Shown in pieces: positions 55,793-64,000 of a stretch of 64,000 bases of DNA. Under the pieces are notes generated by a model, which saw nothing but the letters and a program-made list of their open reading frames with translations, ran no database searches and was not told the origin of the DNA. Numbering within the stretch: the stretch's first letter is position 1; each line of letters begins with the position of its first letter. The DNA is from Candidatus Undinarchaeales archaeon. Its GTDB lineage: Archaea; SpSt-1190; JASMDC01. The DNA lies in assembly GCA_030753015.1 (NCBI GenBank), contig JASMDC010000007.1:63107-127106 (forward strand), given 5' to 3'. The position numbers were made by a program, and so were the translations under genes.

Positions 55793-56740
55793 ATGGTGCC
55801 GATGAGGATAGAGAGGGAGCACCTGTCACCGGAGTTCGTCAGAAGGTACGGCCTGTTCTTCACCGAGCCCCGCTATGTCCATGACAACAGCCTGAACGAG
55901 TTCATCGCGGTCACCCACGGGCTCAAGCCCTGCGCACGCGTCCAGGGGCCCTTCAGGTTGCTCGGACAGATACAGGAGCTTGCTGGCACGATGGGCTGTG
56001 TGGTCCATCATTCGAGGTTCGCCCGGGTCCGCAATCCCGACAATCCATTCGACTACGCGGTCAGCCCCCTTCGAAGGCATCCCCAGGAAGAGGTATACTT
56101 CTACGTTTCCCGGGACGAGGATATCGCCAGGAGGACCCGGGACATCGATCACGAGGTCCATGCACCCATGATGAACAGGTTCGGGGGAGGATTGGATAAA
56201 GAGCGGTGTGTCGACTTCGGCAGGGCACTGGGGTACCCGTCGTGCTGCATCGAATCGTTCCAGAAGGCGCGCAGGGACGCTCAATGCGATTATGCTCGTG
56301 TCGCATATGGCAACACACCGGGCAAGCCCTCCTTCCTAACCCACTACCTGGACCTATCGATGCCGGTCCCCTTCGCCTTGATCTCTCACTATCCCTGCTC
56401 GTTCAGCTGCGCCCGGTCCGTGGCGTTCGCCGACAGGCTTCTTGCCATCATCAGGGAAGAGGAGGAGGGATACGCACGTGCCATCGAGGAGAACCTCCGG
56501 GTCCCGGTGCTGTACTTCGGCGTCGGGAAGGGGATACGTCTTCACGGCAACGTGCAGGGGGGTGAGGTCCTCTACGAGCGGTGCGAGGTGCTCTCTCCCC
56601 AGAAGGAGCACAAGCTCTTCACCCGGGGCAACAGGGTCACCGTGGACGACCGTCGGGTCCGGGTGTTCGATCGTGACCAGCTTTTAGGAACCCTGACCAA
56701 GGCCGATCGGTACAACGGCGTGATCATCGATTTCACCTAG
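55793..56740 (+). CDS. DUF483-like protein
   Basis: GRALGYPSCC and HYPCSFSC motifs; TTTTATA upstream. Confidence 0.7.
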   Translation: MVPMRIEREHLSPEFVRRYGLFFTEPRYVHDNSLNEFIAVTHGLKPCARVQGPFRLLGQIQELAGTMGCVVHHSRFARVRNPDNPFDYAVSPLRRHPQEEVYFYVSRDEDIARRTRDIDHEVHAPMMNRFGGGLDKERCVDFGRALGYPSCCIESFQKARRDAQCDYARVAYGNTPGKPSFLTHYLDLSMPVPFALISHYPCSFSCARSVAFADRLLAIIREEEEGYARAIEENLRVPVLYFGVGKGIRLHGNVQGGEVLYERCEVLSPQKEHKLFTRGNRVTVDDRRVRVFDRDQLLGTLTKADRYNGVIIDFT

Positions 56741-56825
56741 CACGGATACCCCGACCGTCCATTGGCCACGATATTCACTACCCCCCAATGACAACATTAA
56801 TAAGTGACCGGGGGGGCCGATAGGC

Positions 56826-57596
56826 ATGATGGACGGGTATGATGTGTTCCTGAACTTCAGGGAGGACCTCCCTGAGGGACAAGAGCGTGCAGCCCTTACC
56901 ACGGCCTACGACCAGGCCTGGACCCTGGCAGAGGAAGCTCTCGGATACAAGGGCGAGCAGGTCGACCTGTCCCTCGACACACAGACCGATCACACGGTAT
57001 ACCAGAAGTCCCATTACGAGGACGGCGAGGACTGCTCGCACCTCAACATCGCGCGCACCGACCTTGCGCTCTACAAGGCGGATTCTCGGTTCCGCGGCCG
57101 GCAGTACTGCATCATGGACTCGCCCGGTCACCTGCGGGCCGACGAGCTAATCATCCACGAGTCCATCCACGCGCTCCATGACCAACTGCACTCCGACCTC
57201 TCATCCGCGAACGAGGCGATGGTCGAGGGAGTGGCGGAAGTGGGGGCCTACCAAGCGCTCCTCAAAGCCCAGCCCGACCAGGAGACGTTCGAATACGTCA
57301 GCAACTGGGTGTCCCACCATCTTGTGGCCGCCAACCTCACTGGCAAGCTCTCCACCTACTCACTGGACGAGATCTCGCTCCCCTTCGACCTCCCTGACCA
57401 CAACCGGGAGTTCATCCAAAGCCAGCTCGACTGGGCACAGCAGTTCAAGTCGGTGATCGGCGAGCGCAACCGCGAAGTGCTCTCCAAGCAGGGCTACTAC
57501 TCCGAGGGCTTCGTGGACGTCTGCCGCGAGCTCGCTGACAAGGGCCGAACCCTTCGCGACGTGGCCGAGAACGGTCTCGGGGGTGAGGCCCAGTGA
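56826..57596 (+). CDS. Acidic zincin-like metallopeptidase
   Basis: IHESIHALH followed by EGVAE (gluzincin-type). Confidence 0.65.
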   Translation: MMDGYDVFLNFREDLPEGQERAALTTAYDQAWTLAEEALGYKGEQVDLSLDTQTDHTVYQKSHYEDGEDCSHLNIARTDLALYKADSRFRGRQYCIMDSPGHLRADELIIHESIHALHDQLHSDLSSANEAMVEGVAEVGAYQALLKAQPDQETFEYVSNWVSHHLVAANLTGKLSTYSLDEISLPFDLPDHNREFIQSQLDWAQQFKSVIGERNREVLSKQGYYSEGFVDVCRELADKGRTLRDVAENGLGGEAQ

Positions 57597-58666
57597 CATA
57601 CACGATCGACCTTCCCGTGGACGGCATCCTCACCGAGGGCAGCTACACCGGGCTGACCCGCGAGCTCAAGCTCGCTTACGGGTCCGAACCGCAGGCGTTC
57701 ACCGAGACGCCCTCAGGGCTCATCCTCCCCACCGGGTACGAGACCGACCTCGATACCCTCGCCCAGAAGGCCAAGGAGCGCGCCTCCACGGGCTACCTCC
57801 TCGACCTGCCTGAACAGTCCGCCGGGGACCCGAAGACCGGGACCACCGACGGGGGCATCCTCACCTATGACGGCGACCTCGACGCCTACCTCAAGGACAT
57901 CGTGAAGGAGAGCGGGGTGAGCACGAACCTCCAGGACTACGGCGACATCAATCCGCTCCTCGCCGACCAGTGGACCAAGGAGGGCAACGGCGACTACGTC
58001 CAGGAGCGCAGGGAGGCCGCCAGGTCCCGGATGCTCGCTGCCGCCATGGAGAAGGTCGACCGCAAGGCGACCGCCGCCACCGAGGTGAACATCTGGGCGA
58101 GCGCTCCCACCTACACCGGGTGGCGTGGCGATGACCTGGAGGGAAATACCGCCGGGACGACCTACGGGCCTGCCGCGGGGACGACCTCCGAAGGCGGAAT
58201 CTACCTCCCCAAGGACGGTTACGACGACGTCGAGTCCCTTCTCGCAGCAGAGCTCGAGGCCCAGGGCATCACCGTCGATCCTGCTGATTACAACACGCTC
58301 GATCCCATGGCCGCGGCCATCCTCGCCGCAGGGGGGCACTCCGACATCGTCGAGCAGAAGGCCACGGCCGCCAAGATGTCAGCCTACAGCGACGGGTTCG
58401 TGAAGGCCGAGCAGCACGCGAAGGAGACACGGGTGGCTGAAGCGTCAGCCCTCGAGCTCGATATCAGCCAGAGCTACCTCCTCGACGCCCAGGGCCGGAT
58501 GGCCAGCCTCACAATGGGCTTTTCGACCGACAGCTGGGAAGCGGGCGTGTCCGTCAAGAACGGCACCATGAGCATCACAGTCGACGGGCTCGACGACACG
58601 GAAGCGGCCGAGGTCGCCCGGAACGTCCACCAGCTCTACCAGGATGCTATCGGCGTCCGGTCTTAA
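57593..58666 (+). CDS. Acidic hypothetical protein with internal duplication
   Basis: Coupled (GTGA) to the zincin gene; two TxxGGI...DY..INP/LDP...V.E repeats. Confidence 0.7.
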   Translation: MTYTIDLPVDGILTEGSYTGLTRELKLAYGSEPQAFTETPSGLILPTGYETDLDTLAQKAKERASTGYLLDLPEQSAGDPKTGTTDGGILTYDGDLDAYLKDIVKESGVSTNLQDYGDINPLLADQWTKEGNGDYVQERREAARSRMLAAAMEKVDRKATAATEVNIWASAPTYTGWRGDDLEGNTAGTTYGPAAGTTSEGGIYLPKDGYDDVESLLAAELEAQGITVDPADYNTLDPMAAAILAAGGHSDIVEQKATAAKMSAYSDGFVKAEQHAKETRVAEASALELDISQSYLLDAQGRMASLTMGFSTDSWEAGVSVKNGTMSITVDGLDDTEAAEVARNVHQLYQDAIGVRS

Positions 58667-58678
58667 CGGTGCCGTCAC

Positions 58679-59359
58679 ATGGCCTTGCTCCTGCCCGACA
58701 ATCCTCTGGCCCTTCTCCCGGGACCTCTCGTCCTCCTGCTCCTCTACAACGTCCTTTGTGACGAGCGCGAGATGCGGACGGCCGCCTGGCTGCTACTGTG
58801 CGGTGCCGCCATGATGCTAGCCTACCCCCTGGTGGGCGGCCTGTCGGCCGGCTACGGCACGGCTGGCTACGTCCTGGGAAAGACGCTGGTCTTCGTGCTC
58901 CTTCCCGCCGGGGCGCTGTACATCATCGAGGGCTGCAGTGTGCGTGAGCTCGCAGAGACGACCGGCGTCCGACGCGCAGGATTACCAGAGAGCCTCGTGT
59001 TCGGGTGCGTTGCTGCACTGGTCACGCTCGTGCTGGTGTACGTGACGTCGACACCCCGTCCCGCGCCCGACGCTCTGTGGCATATGCTCATGTTCCTCGA
59101 GGCGTTCACCGAGGAATTCTACTTCCGGGGTGTGCTGATGGTGTGGCTGGCCGGAAGAACCTCGTGGCGCCGTGCGTTCCTCGTGTCCACGACCTCCTTC
59201 ATATTGGCCCACCCGCAGCACTTCGGCCAGCCGTTCCTTCTGGTCACCGCTGTACAGGGTGTGCTCCTTGCGCTCATCGCCCATCGGACCGGTAACCTCT
59301 CCGGACCCTGGGTCTCCCATGGACTGAACCGGATCGTACCGGCCCTGATGGCCGGGTGA
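58679..59359 (+). CDS. CPBP/Abi (CAAX-like) intramembrane glutamic protease
   Basis: EEFYFRG, FILAH, HGLN motifs; multi-TM. Confidence 0.88.
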   Translation: MALLLPDNPLALLPGPLVLLLLYNVLCDEREMRTAAWLLLCGAAMMLAYPLVGGLSAGYGTAGYVLGKTLVFVLLPAGALYIIEGCSVRELAETTGVRRAGLPESLVFGCVAALVTLVLVYVTSTPRPAPDALWHMLMFLEAFTEEFYFRGVLMVWLAGRTSWRRAFLVSTTSFILAHPQHFGQPFLLVTAVQGVLLALIAHRTGNLSGPWVSHGLNRIVPALMAG

Positions 59360-59467
59360 TATGTAGGGTCCGTGACCGCCTAATCTACTGGTATCATATC
59401 CTCCCGATATCAGGTCGCCGTAGCCCCACTGATACATTTTTATACAACGGCCGTAGAAGGTGCGACG

Positions 59468-60223
59468 ATGGTGGTCCCTCCACGTGTGACATCGGACCGT
59501 GTCGCCTACGTGGACATATCCTCGGGCGCCAGCGGGAACATGCTCCTGGGCGCACTTACCGATGCCGGGCTCGACCTCGTCGGCTGGAACGAGGGCATGG
59601 CCACCCTCGGTGTGGGTGGCTGGGGGATCACTGTAGAGCGACGGGATAGCCATGGTGTCGAGGGCACCTTCCTGGACGTGGTGGTCGAGGGACATGACCG
59701 CCCCCACCGGGACCTTACCGACATCGAGGACATCATCACAGCGAGCGATCTACCGGTCAAGGTCAAGGCACGGAGCATCGCGGTCTTCCGGAGGCTGGCG
59801 CGTGCCGAGGCACGGGCACATGGCACGGACATCGCCGCGGTAAGGTTCCATGAGGTGGGGGCCGTCGACTCCATCGTGGACACCGTCGGGTTCGTGCTGG
59901 GGCTCGAGCTCCTCGGGGTGGAACGTCTCCATGCCTCCCAGCTCGTTGTTGGTTCCGGGACCGTCCGCTGCGCTCACGGTGTGCTTCCCGTGCCCGCTCC
60001 CGCCACCAGGAACATACTGGACGAGGCCGGAGTGCCGTACCGACGTCGTCCTGACGCCGGCACCGAGCTTCTCACACCGACTGGTGCCGCACTGCTAGCC
60101 GAGCTGGCGACCTTCTCCCGCCCGGAGCTGGCGGTAGAATCGTCGGGTGTCGGCATCGGCTCACGTGAGCTTCCCTGGCCCAACGTGGTGCGTCTCGAGC
60201 TGGGACGTCCCGCCTCCCGATAG
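59468..60223 (+). CDS. larC: LarC-family nickel insertion protein, N-terminal part only
   Basis: SGASGNMLLGAL, AEARAHG, FHEVGAVDSIVD, HGVLPVPAPAT, TPTGAA. Confidence 0.85.
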   Translation: MVVPPRVTSDRVAYVDISSGASGNMLLGALTDAGLDLVGWNEGMATLGVGGWGITVERRDSHGVEGTFLDVVVEGHDRPHRDLTDIEDIITASDLPVKVKARSIAVFRRLARAEARAHGTDIAAVRFHEVGAVDSIVDTVGFVLGLELLGVERLHASQLVVGSGTVRCAHGVLPVPAPATRNILDEAGVPYRRRPDAGTELLTPTGAALLAELATFSRPELAVESSGVGIGSRELPWPNVVRLELGRPASR

Positions 60224-60254
60224 CCTTATACGGATTGCCGGCCATCACCCGCTC

Positions 60255-60641
60255 ATGACAGACACGCCCAACGACAATCCTGCGACAGGGATCTCGCTGG
60301 CCATGTCGACAGTTTCCTCCCGGGCACGCCCCGACCTGATCGGGTTGGTCATAGCACCACCAGGGCCTGCTGCCATCAGAGTGGAACTGGACCGGGATCT
60401 GGCGTGCGATCTGGTGACCAAGGTGCGAGCGTTCCTGGACACAGGCACCATCCAGGCCTCAATGCACACACGACCCGTGCTGGAGCTGTTCGACGATCCC
60501 GAGCGGGGCGGACCAGTGCTGAGCTTCCACGGGGATAGGATCAAGACGTCGCTGGTGGTGGACAGGCCGTTCCTCGAGCGTCTGGCCGATTTCATCGCTG
60601 CCCGCATCGAGGAGAAGAGCTGGGACGAGTGCTCCTTCTAA
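60255..60641 (+). CDS. Hypothetical protein
   Basis: ATG ~25 nt after CTTATA. Confidence 0.55.
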   Translation: MTDTPNDNPATGISLAMSTVSSRARPDLIGLVIAPPGPAAIRVELDRDLACDLVTKVRAFLDTGTIQASMHTRPVLELFDDPERGGPVLSFHGDRIKTSLVVDRPFLERLADFIAARIEEKSWDECSF

Positions 60642-60644
60642 GTG

Positions 60645-61784
60645 CTATCCGAGGCGTCCCAGGGCGTTGCTCATCCGTTCCTCGTCGTCGTGTCCGATAG
60701 CGAAAACGTCCCCCTTGACCATGCTGAAGGCGGCCTTCGCTGCTGGCGCGAGCAGGCGCAGCGGGAGACGACGAACGGCTTTATTCAGGCGCATGGAGAA
60801 GGAGTACCGGCCGCCGTGCGCCTTGCGCCAGACACGGTCGTACTCCTCCAGCAGCCCGAGGTCCTCCGCCGACACGGCGTTCACGATGGTCCCTGCCGCC
60901 ATGCGTCCGGCGTCCACGGCCTGAAGTATCCCTCCGGCGCTCACAGGATCGTTCTGGCGCGCAGCGTCGCCCACGAGCACCGTGTTCCCGCCCGTGAGAC
61001 GTGGGACGAGCCCGCCGCAGGGCACGGGGAGGAAGCGTAGCTCGTCCTTGGTGCACGCTGAAAGGTCGTCCTGCGAACCGAGGAACGCGTCGAGATAGCC
61101 CCTGAGGTCGCGGGCGTTCTCAGTATCGACTCCCACGCCAACGTTGGCACAGCGGGGGCCGCGGGCGAACGACCAGGCGTACCCGCCGGGGGCGAAGTCG
61201 CCGAGCACGATGCGCGAGTGGCCTTCGTCGACCGGTCCGTGCACCACCGTCTGGACGCATATGGCAAGGTCGCTGGGCGGTAGCGGGCCGGCGAGGCCTG
61301 CGGTACGGCCGACACGAGAGGCCACGCCGTCGGCACCGACCACGATCTTCGGCCGGACCGTGCGCGTGCTCCCCGAGGAGCTGCGGAGCGCGATGCGGTT
61401 GATAACGCCGTCGGTGGCGGTGAATCCCCCGGCCGAGGTACCGAACTCGACCTTTGCGCCAGCAGCCTCTGCCTCGTGGGCCATATGGGCGTCGAACAGA
61501 GAGCGGTCCACCGTGTAGCCCAGGACGTCCGGGTACCTTCTATCGTACACGCAAGAGCCGTGCACGGTGACCGAGAACCGGTCAACTGCGCCCATGACGT
61601 AGGGCGCTCCCGGCTCGAATCCCTGGGACTTGAATGTCGTGGCCAGCACGCCCTCGCCGCAAGCCTTGTGGTGGCCGCGTTGGTGCTCCTCGACGACGGT
61701 TACACGCAGTCCCGCCTCCGCCAGCGCACGGCCGGTGGCGCATCCGCCGGGCCCTGCGCCCACCACGAGCACCTCGGGCTCCAT
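60645..61784 (-). CDS. Geranylgeranyl reductase family flavoprotein
   Basis: VVGAGPGG, KACGEG, DRSLFD, GADG, PGGYAWSF, LVGDAA..P..GGI. Confidence 0.88.
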   Translation of the reverse strand: MEPEVLVVGAGPGGCATGRALAEAGLRVTVVEEHQRGHHKACGEGVLATTFKSQGFEPGAPYVMGAVDRFSVTVHGSCVYDRRYPDVLGYTVDRSLFDAHMAHEAEAAGAKVEFGTSAGGFTATDGVINRIALRSSSGSTRTVRPKIVVGADGVASRVGRTAGLAGPLPPSDLAICVQTVVHGPVDEGHSRIVLGDFAPGGYAWSFARGPRCANVGVGVDTENARDLRGYLDAFLGSQDDLSACTKDELRFLPVPCGGLVPRLTGGNTVLVGDAARQNDPVSAGGILQAVDAGRMAAGTIVNAVSAEDLGLLEEYDRVWRKAHGGRYSFSMRLNKAVRRLPLRLLAPAAKAAFSMVKGDVFAIGHDDEERMSNALGRLG

Positions 61785-62671
61785 CAGGACCACCTTGATA
61801 ATGATGCCTGGGAGGGGGCGGCGGGTGGCTTCAGGCACGCGGCCACGTTGGAGAAGTGGTGCTTGCCCACCTTGCGCACGACCTGTCGCGGGACGTCCTT
61901 CGGGTTCGACCCGCGCAGGCTCACACCGTAGCGTTCTTCAAGCGAAGCGACCGAACGGTCGAAGGCGTCCTTTGCCAGGATGCTGGCGGCCGCTACCGCG
62001 GGCTCCCGTGACTCTGCTCCCTCGAGCTGCGAGAGCTCTACGCGGGACCGGTCGATCCAGGACAGGGCCTGCTCCGTCTTGCGCTCGTCGAAGCGGTCAA
62101 CGACGACACGCCAGCGCTCTTCGGGGGCCGTGGACAGCACTGCACGCAGCACTTTGGCATGAGACCAGGCGAGCAGGTGGTTGAGCGAACCGCCTTCGAT
62201 CCGGAGCGCTGCGTACCGGTTGTTATAGTCTGTCACATCGATGGCGAGCACTTCATGAGCTGACGCCATCTCTCGCACCCGGCCGGCCAGCACCTCCCTG
62301 CGCCGGGGGTCCAGGGTCTTTGAGTCGCGCACCCCTGCGAGCCGCATCTCCTGGGCGATGTCCGGTGTAACGGCCACTGCAGCGACGAACAGGCCACCGT
62401 ACCACTCGCCCTTACCGGCCTCATCGGAACCGGCCACTTTGCGCCGGTCATCGGTGTCGCGCTCGAGCACGCGGTCCAGGAGCTCGCGCGTAGCCTCGTT
62501 GTCGTTGAACACCACCTTCCCTGATGTGTAGAGGACAAGGAAGATGGCGCCGTCCTTCACCCGCAGCTCTTCGTACTGGGAGCATCCGCCCTGGGTGGCG
62601 ATACCCGCCTTCTCGAGGGCGGCCCTCAGTCGGACCACCTCCTCGGGTGCGAGCGCGACGGATGACGTCAT
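61784..62671 (-). CDS. rnhC: Ribonuclease HIII-like (TBP-like N-domain plus RNase H2 domain) with C-terminal PIP box
   Basis: LVLYTSGKVVF, GSDEAGKGEWYG, RDSK, VVDRF, AVAAASILA, KHHFSN, QASLSRW. Confidence 0.8.
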   Translation of the reverse strand: MTSSVALAPEEVVRLRAALEKAGIATQGGCSQYEELRVKDGAIFLVLYTSGKVVFNDNEATRELLDRVLERDTDDRRKVAGSDEAGKGEWYGGLFVAAVAVTPDIAQEMRLAGVRDSKTLDPRRREVLAGRVREMASAHEVLAIDVTDYNNRYAALRIEGGSLNHLLAWSHAKVLRAVLSTAPEERWRVVVDRFDERKTEQALSWIDRSRVELSQLEGAESREPAVAAASILAKDAFDRSVASLEERYGVSLRGSNPKDVPRQVVRKVGKHHFSNVAACLKPPAAPSQASLSRWS

Positions 62672-62694
62672 GGTCGGATGGAGCGGGTCAAGCC

Positions 62695-62779
62695 TTAACT
62701 CTTTTTTTGTTTCGGCGAGAATTCCCCTTCCGAGAGGGAGGGGATGAAGCCGAAAGGGAAATATGCATGGTTGTATATA
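62695..62779. repeat. 85-bp structured element, copy 1
   Basis: Near-identical to 63916-64000. Confidence 0.85.
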
Positions 62780-63019
62780 ATATTTAGAACATGTTCGAGC
62801 GAGAAATCCCACGTGTTTCCGACCGTTGGATGGATCGCATTCCACGGAACGTGGGTGAACACGCCGAAGAAGAACGGTCAATCCCAACATCAGTATCGGA
62901 ATCACTAGTAAGTGTATTATGCATATTGTATGTCTAATAATCTATTACCGGCATGCCACCCCCCTTTGGTATATAATGATGAACTGCCTATTACCTATAG
63001 GGGGTGTCAGCCAAGGACG

Positions 63020-63342
63020 ATCATTGAACAAGGGCGACAACAGTCGCGTCCTGTAGACCTGAATCCTGCCAACGATGAGCAAAGCTGAGAATGCTGGCTG
63101 ATCGGTCGGGCTCGTGGTCTTCCGGGGGCAAGGTGAGGGATGCTCATAACACGGAGCGTTCATAGAGAGGTACGCGTGCACGTGGATGTGCAGATGCCTC
63201 GACCCAGTCTGGTAACGGAAGGAGTTCTGAACGCTGCGATCAATATAAAGAATCGCTCAGGGTGGGGACCGCCCGATGTGCCCGTGGAGCTGGAAACAGC
63301 GTCGAAGCGGGAAGCCCCTCCGCTTGGAGAGGGGTAGTTCAC
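63020..63342 (+). pseudogene. tnpB: Decayed tnpB 3' fragment with retained IS200/IS605 right end
   Basis: KAENAG*SV..VLNAAINIK aligns to TnpB at 7526 (KAESAGKSV..DLNAAINIR); GCCCGTGGAG..GAAGCGGGAAG-hairpin-GTAGTTCAC. Confidence 0.8.
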
Positions 63343-63360
63343 GAATCTGTCCGCGACCGC

Positions 63361-63891
63361 TCAGCCCTCGTCGATCCGGTGCATGCTCTCCTTGTAGCGT
63401 GTGCACATGTCGATGTAGTGCGTCACACCGATGAGCACATTCTCGCGCTGGTGGGGCTTCACCTCGCCAACGACCTTGGCGGGAACTCCGGCTACGATGG
63501 AGTTCGCAGGGACCTCTAGGCGCGCCTTGACCACGGCCCCCTCCGCCACGATGGCTCCCGAGCCCACAACGGCACCGTCGGTGACGATGGCGCCCATGCC
63601 GACGATCGCCTTGTCCTCGATCGTGCAGGAGTGCAGGACCGCGCAGTGGCCGACCGTGACGTCGGAGCCGACGGTTAAACCCATCCCGTCACGGGTGTGT
63701 ATCACGCAGTTGTCCTGGATGCTGGTCCCGTCGCCGATGACGATCTGCTCGGTATCACCACGGATGCGGACCCCGGGACCGATCCAGCAGTTCTCGCCGA
63801 TGACCACGTCGCCAATGACGTCAGCATGGGAGTGTACGAAGGAGGAGTCGCCCACAGTCGGTGCGATGCCCTCGAACTCGTAGAGCGCCAT
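63361..63891 (-). CDS. Gamma-class carbonic anhydrase / hexapeptide repeat protein
   Basis: IGDV.IG, IRGD, IQDNCVIH, VTVGH.AVLH, GMGA, AGVPAK. Confidence 0.92.
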   Translation of the reverse strand: MALYEFEGIAPTVGDSSFVHSHADVIGDVVIGENCWIGPGVRIRGDTEQIVIGDGTSIQDNCVIHTRDGMGLTVGSDVTVGHCAVLHSCTIEDKAIVGMGAIVTDGAVVGSGAIVAEGAVVKARLEVPANSIVAGVPAKVVGEVKPHQRENVLIGVTHYIDMCTRYKESMHRIDEG

Positions 63892-63915
63892 GTTGCCCCG
63901 TGGGACCGGTCAGCT

Positions 63916-64000
63916 TTAACTCTTTTTTTGTTTCGACGGGAAGTCCCCTTACGAGAGGGAGGGGATGGAGTCGAAAGGGAAATCTGCATGGTTGTATATA
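63916..64000. repeat. 85-bp structured element, copy 2 (may extend past window end)
   Basis: Near-identical to 62695-62779. Confidence 0.85.

Noticed and set aside
62700-62760. 85-bp element as an intrinsic terminator or SECIS
   Set aside because: The T-tract precedes rather than follows the hairpin; no in-frame UGA selenoprotein candidate nearby
1-64000. tRNA or rRNA genes
   Set aside because: No intergenic T-loop/cloverleaf or rRNA signature found by eye; tRNAscan-SE would be needed to exclude them fully

Overview
GC-rich archaeal chromosomal window. Evidence for Archaea: TATA/BRE promoters about 25-30 nt upstream of leaderless starts, a TFS/RpoM-like factor, PCNA-interacting (PIP) boxes and a geranylgeranyl reductase; the lineage cannot be fixed from sequence alone. 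It holds a surface-glycan cluster (DegT aminotransferase, DUF362, carbamoyltransferase, GT2), three toxin-antitoxin-type modules (VapBC, HEPN-like/MNT, AbiEi/AbiEii), an intact IS200/IS605 tnpB element plus a decayed relic, and a 2500-aa thioester-less alpha-2-macroglobulin. Housekeeping-type genes include pyruvate kinase, mutS-mutL, three AIM24 genes, trkH-trkA, a DtxR regulator, RNase HIII-like and gamma-carbonic anhydrase. There is also a dispersed set of acidic orphan or paralogous hydrolases (4 M14-like, 2 nitrilase-like, M28, arginase-like, zincin). The standout is a ~1.1-kb apparently non-coding region (about 32872-33980) between abiEii and the TFS-like gene. It has its own BRE/TATA, a U-rich end and seven diverged ~149-nt tandem units, each folding into the same UUCG/GNRA-capped hairpins with compensatory and G-U changes. 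It is a candidate undescribed multi-domain structured RNA. A duplicated 85-bp structured element and dif-like sites also deserve follow-up. All family calls come from motif recognition by eye, not database searches.
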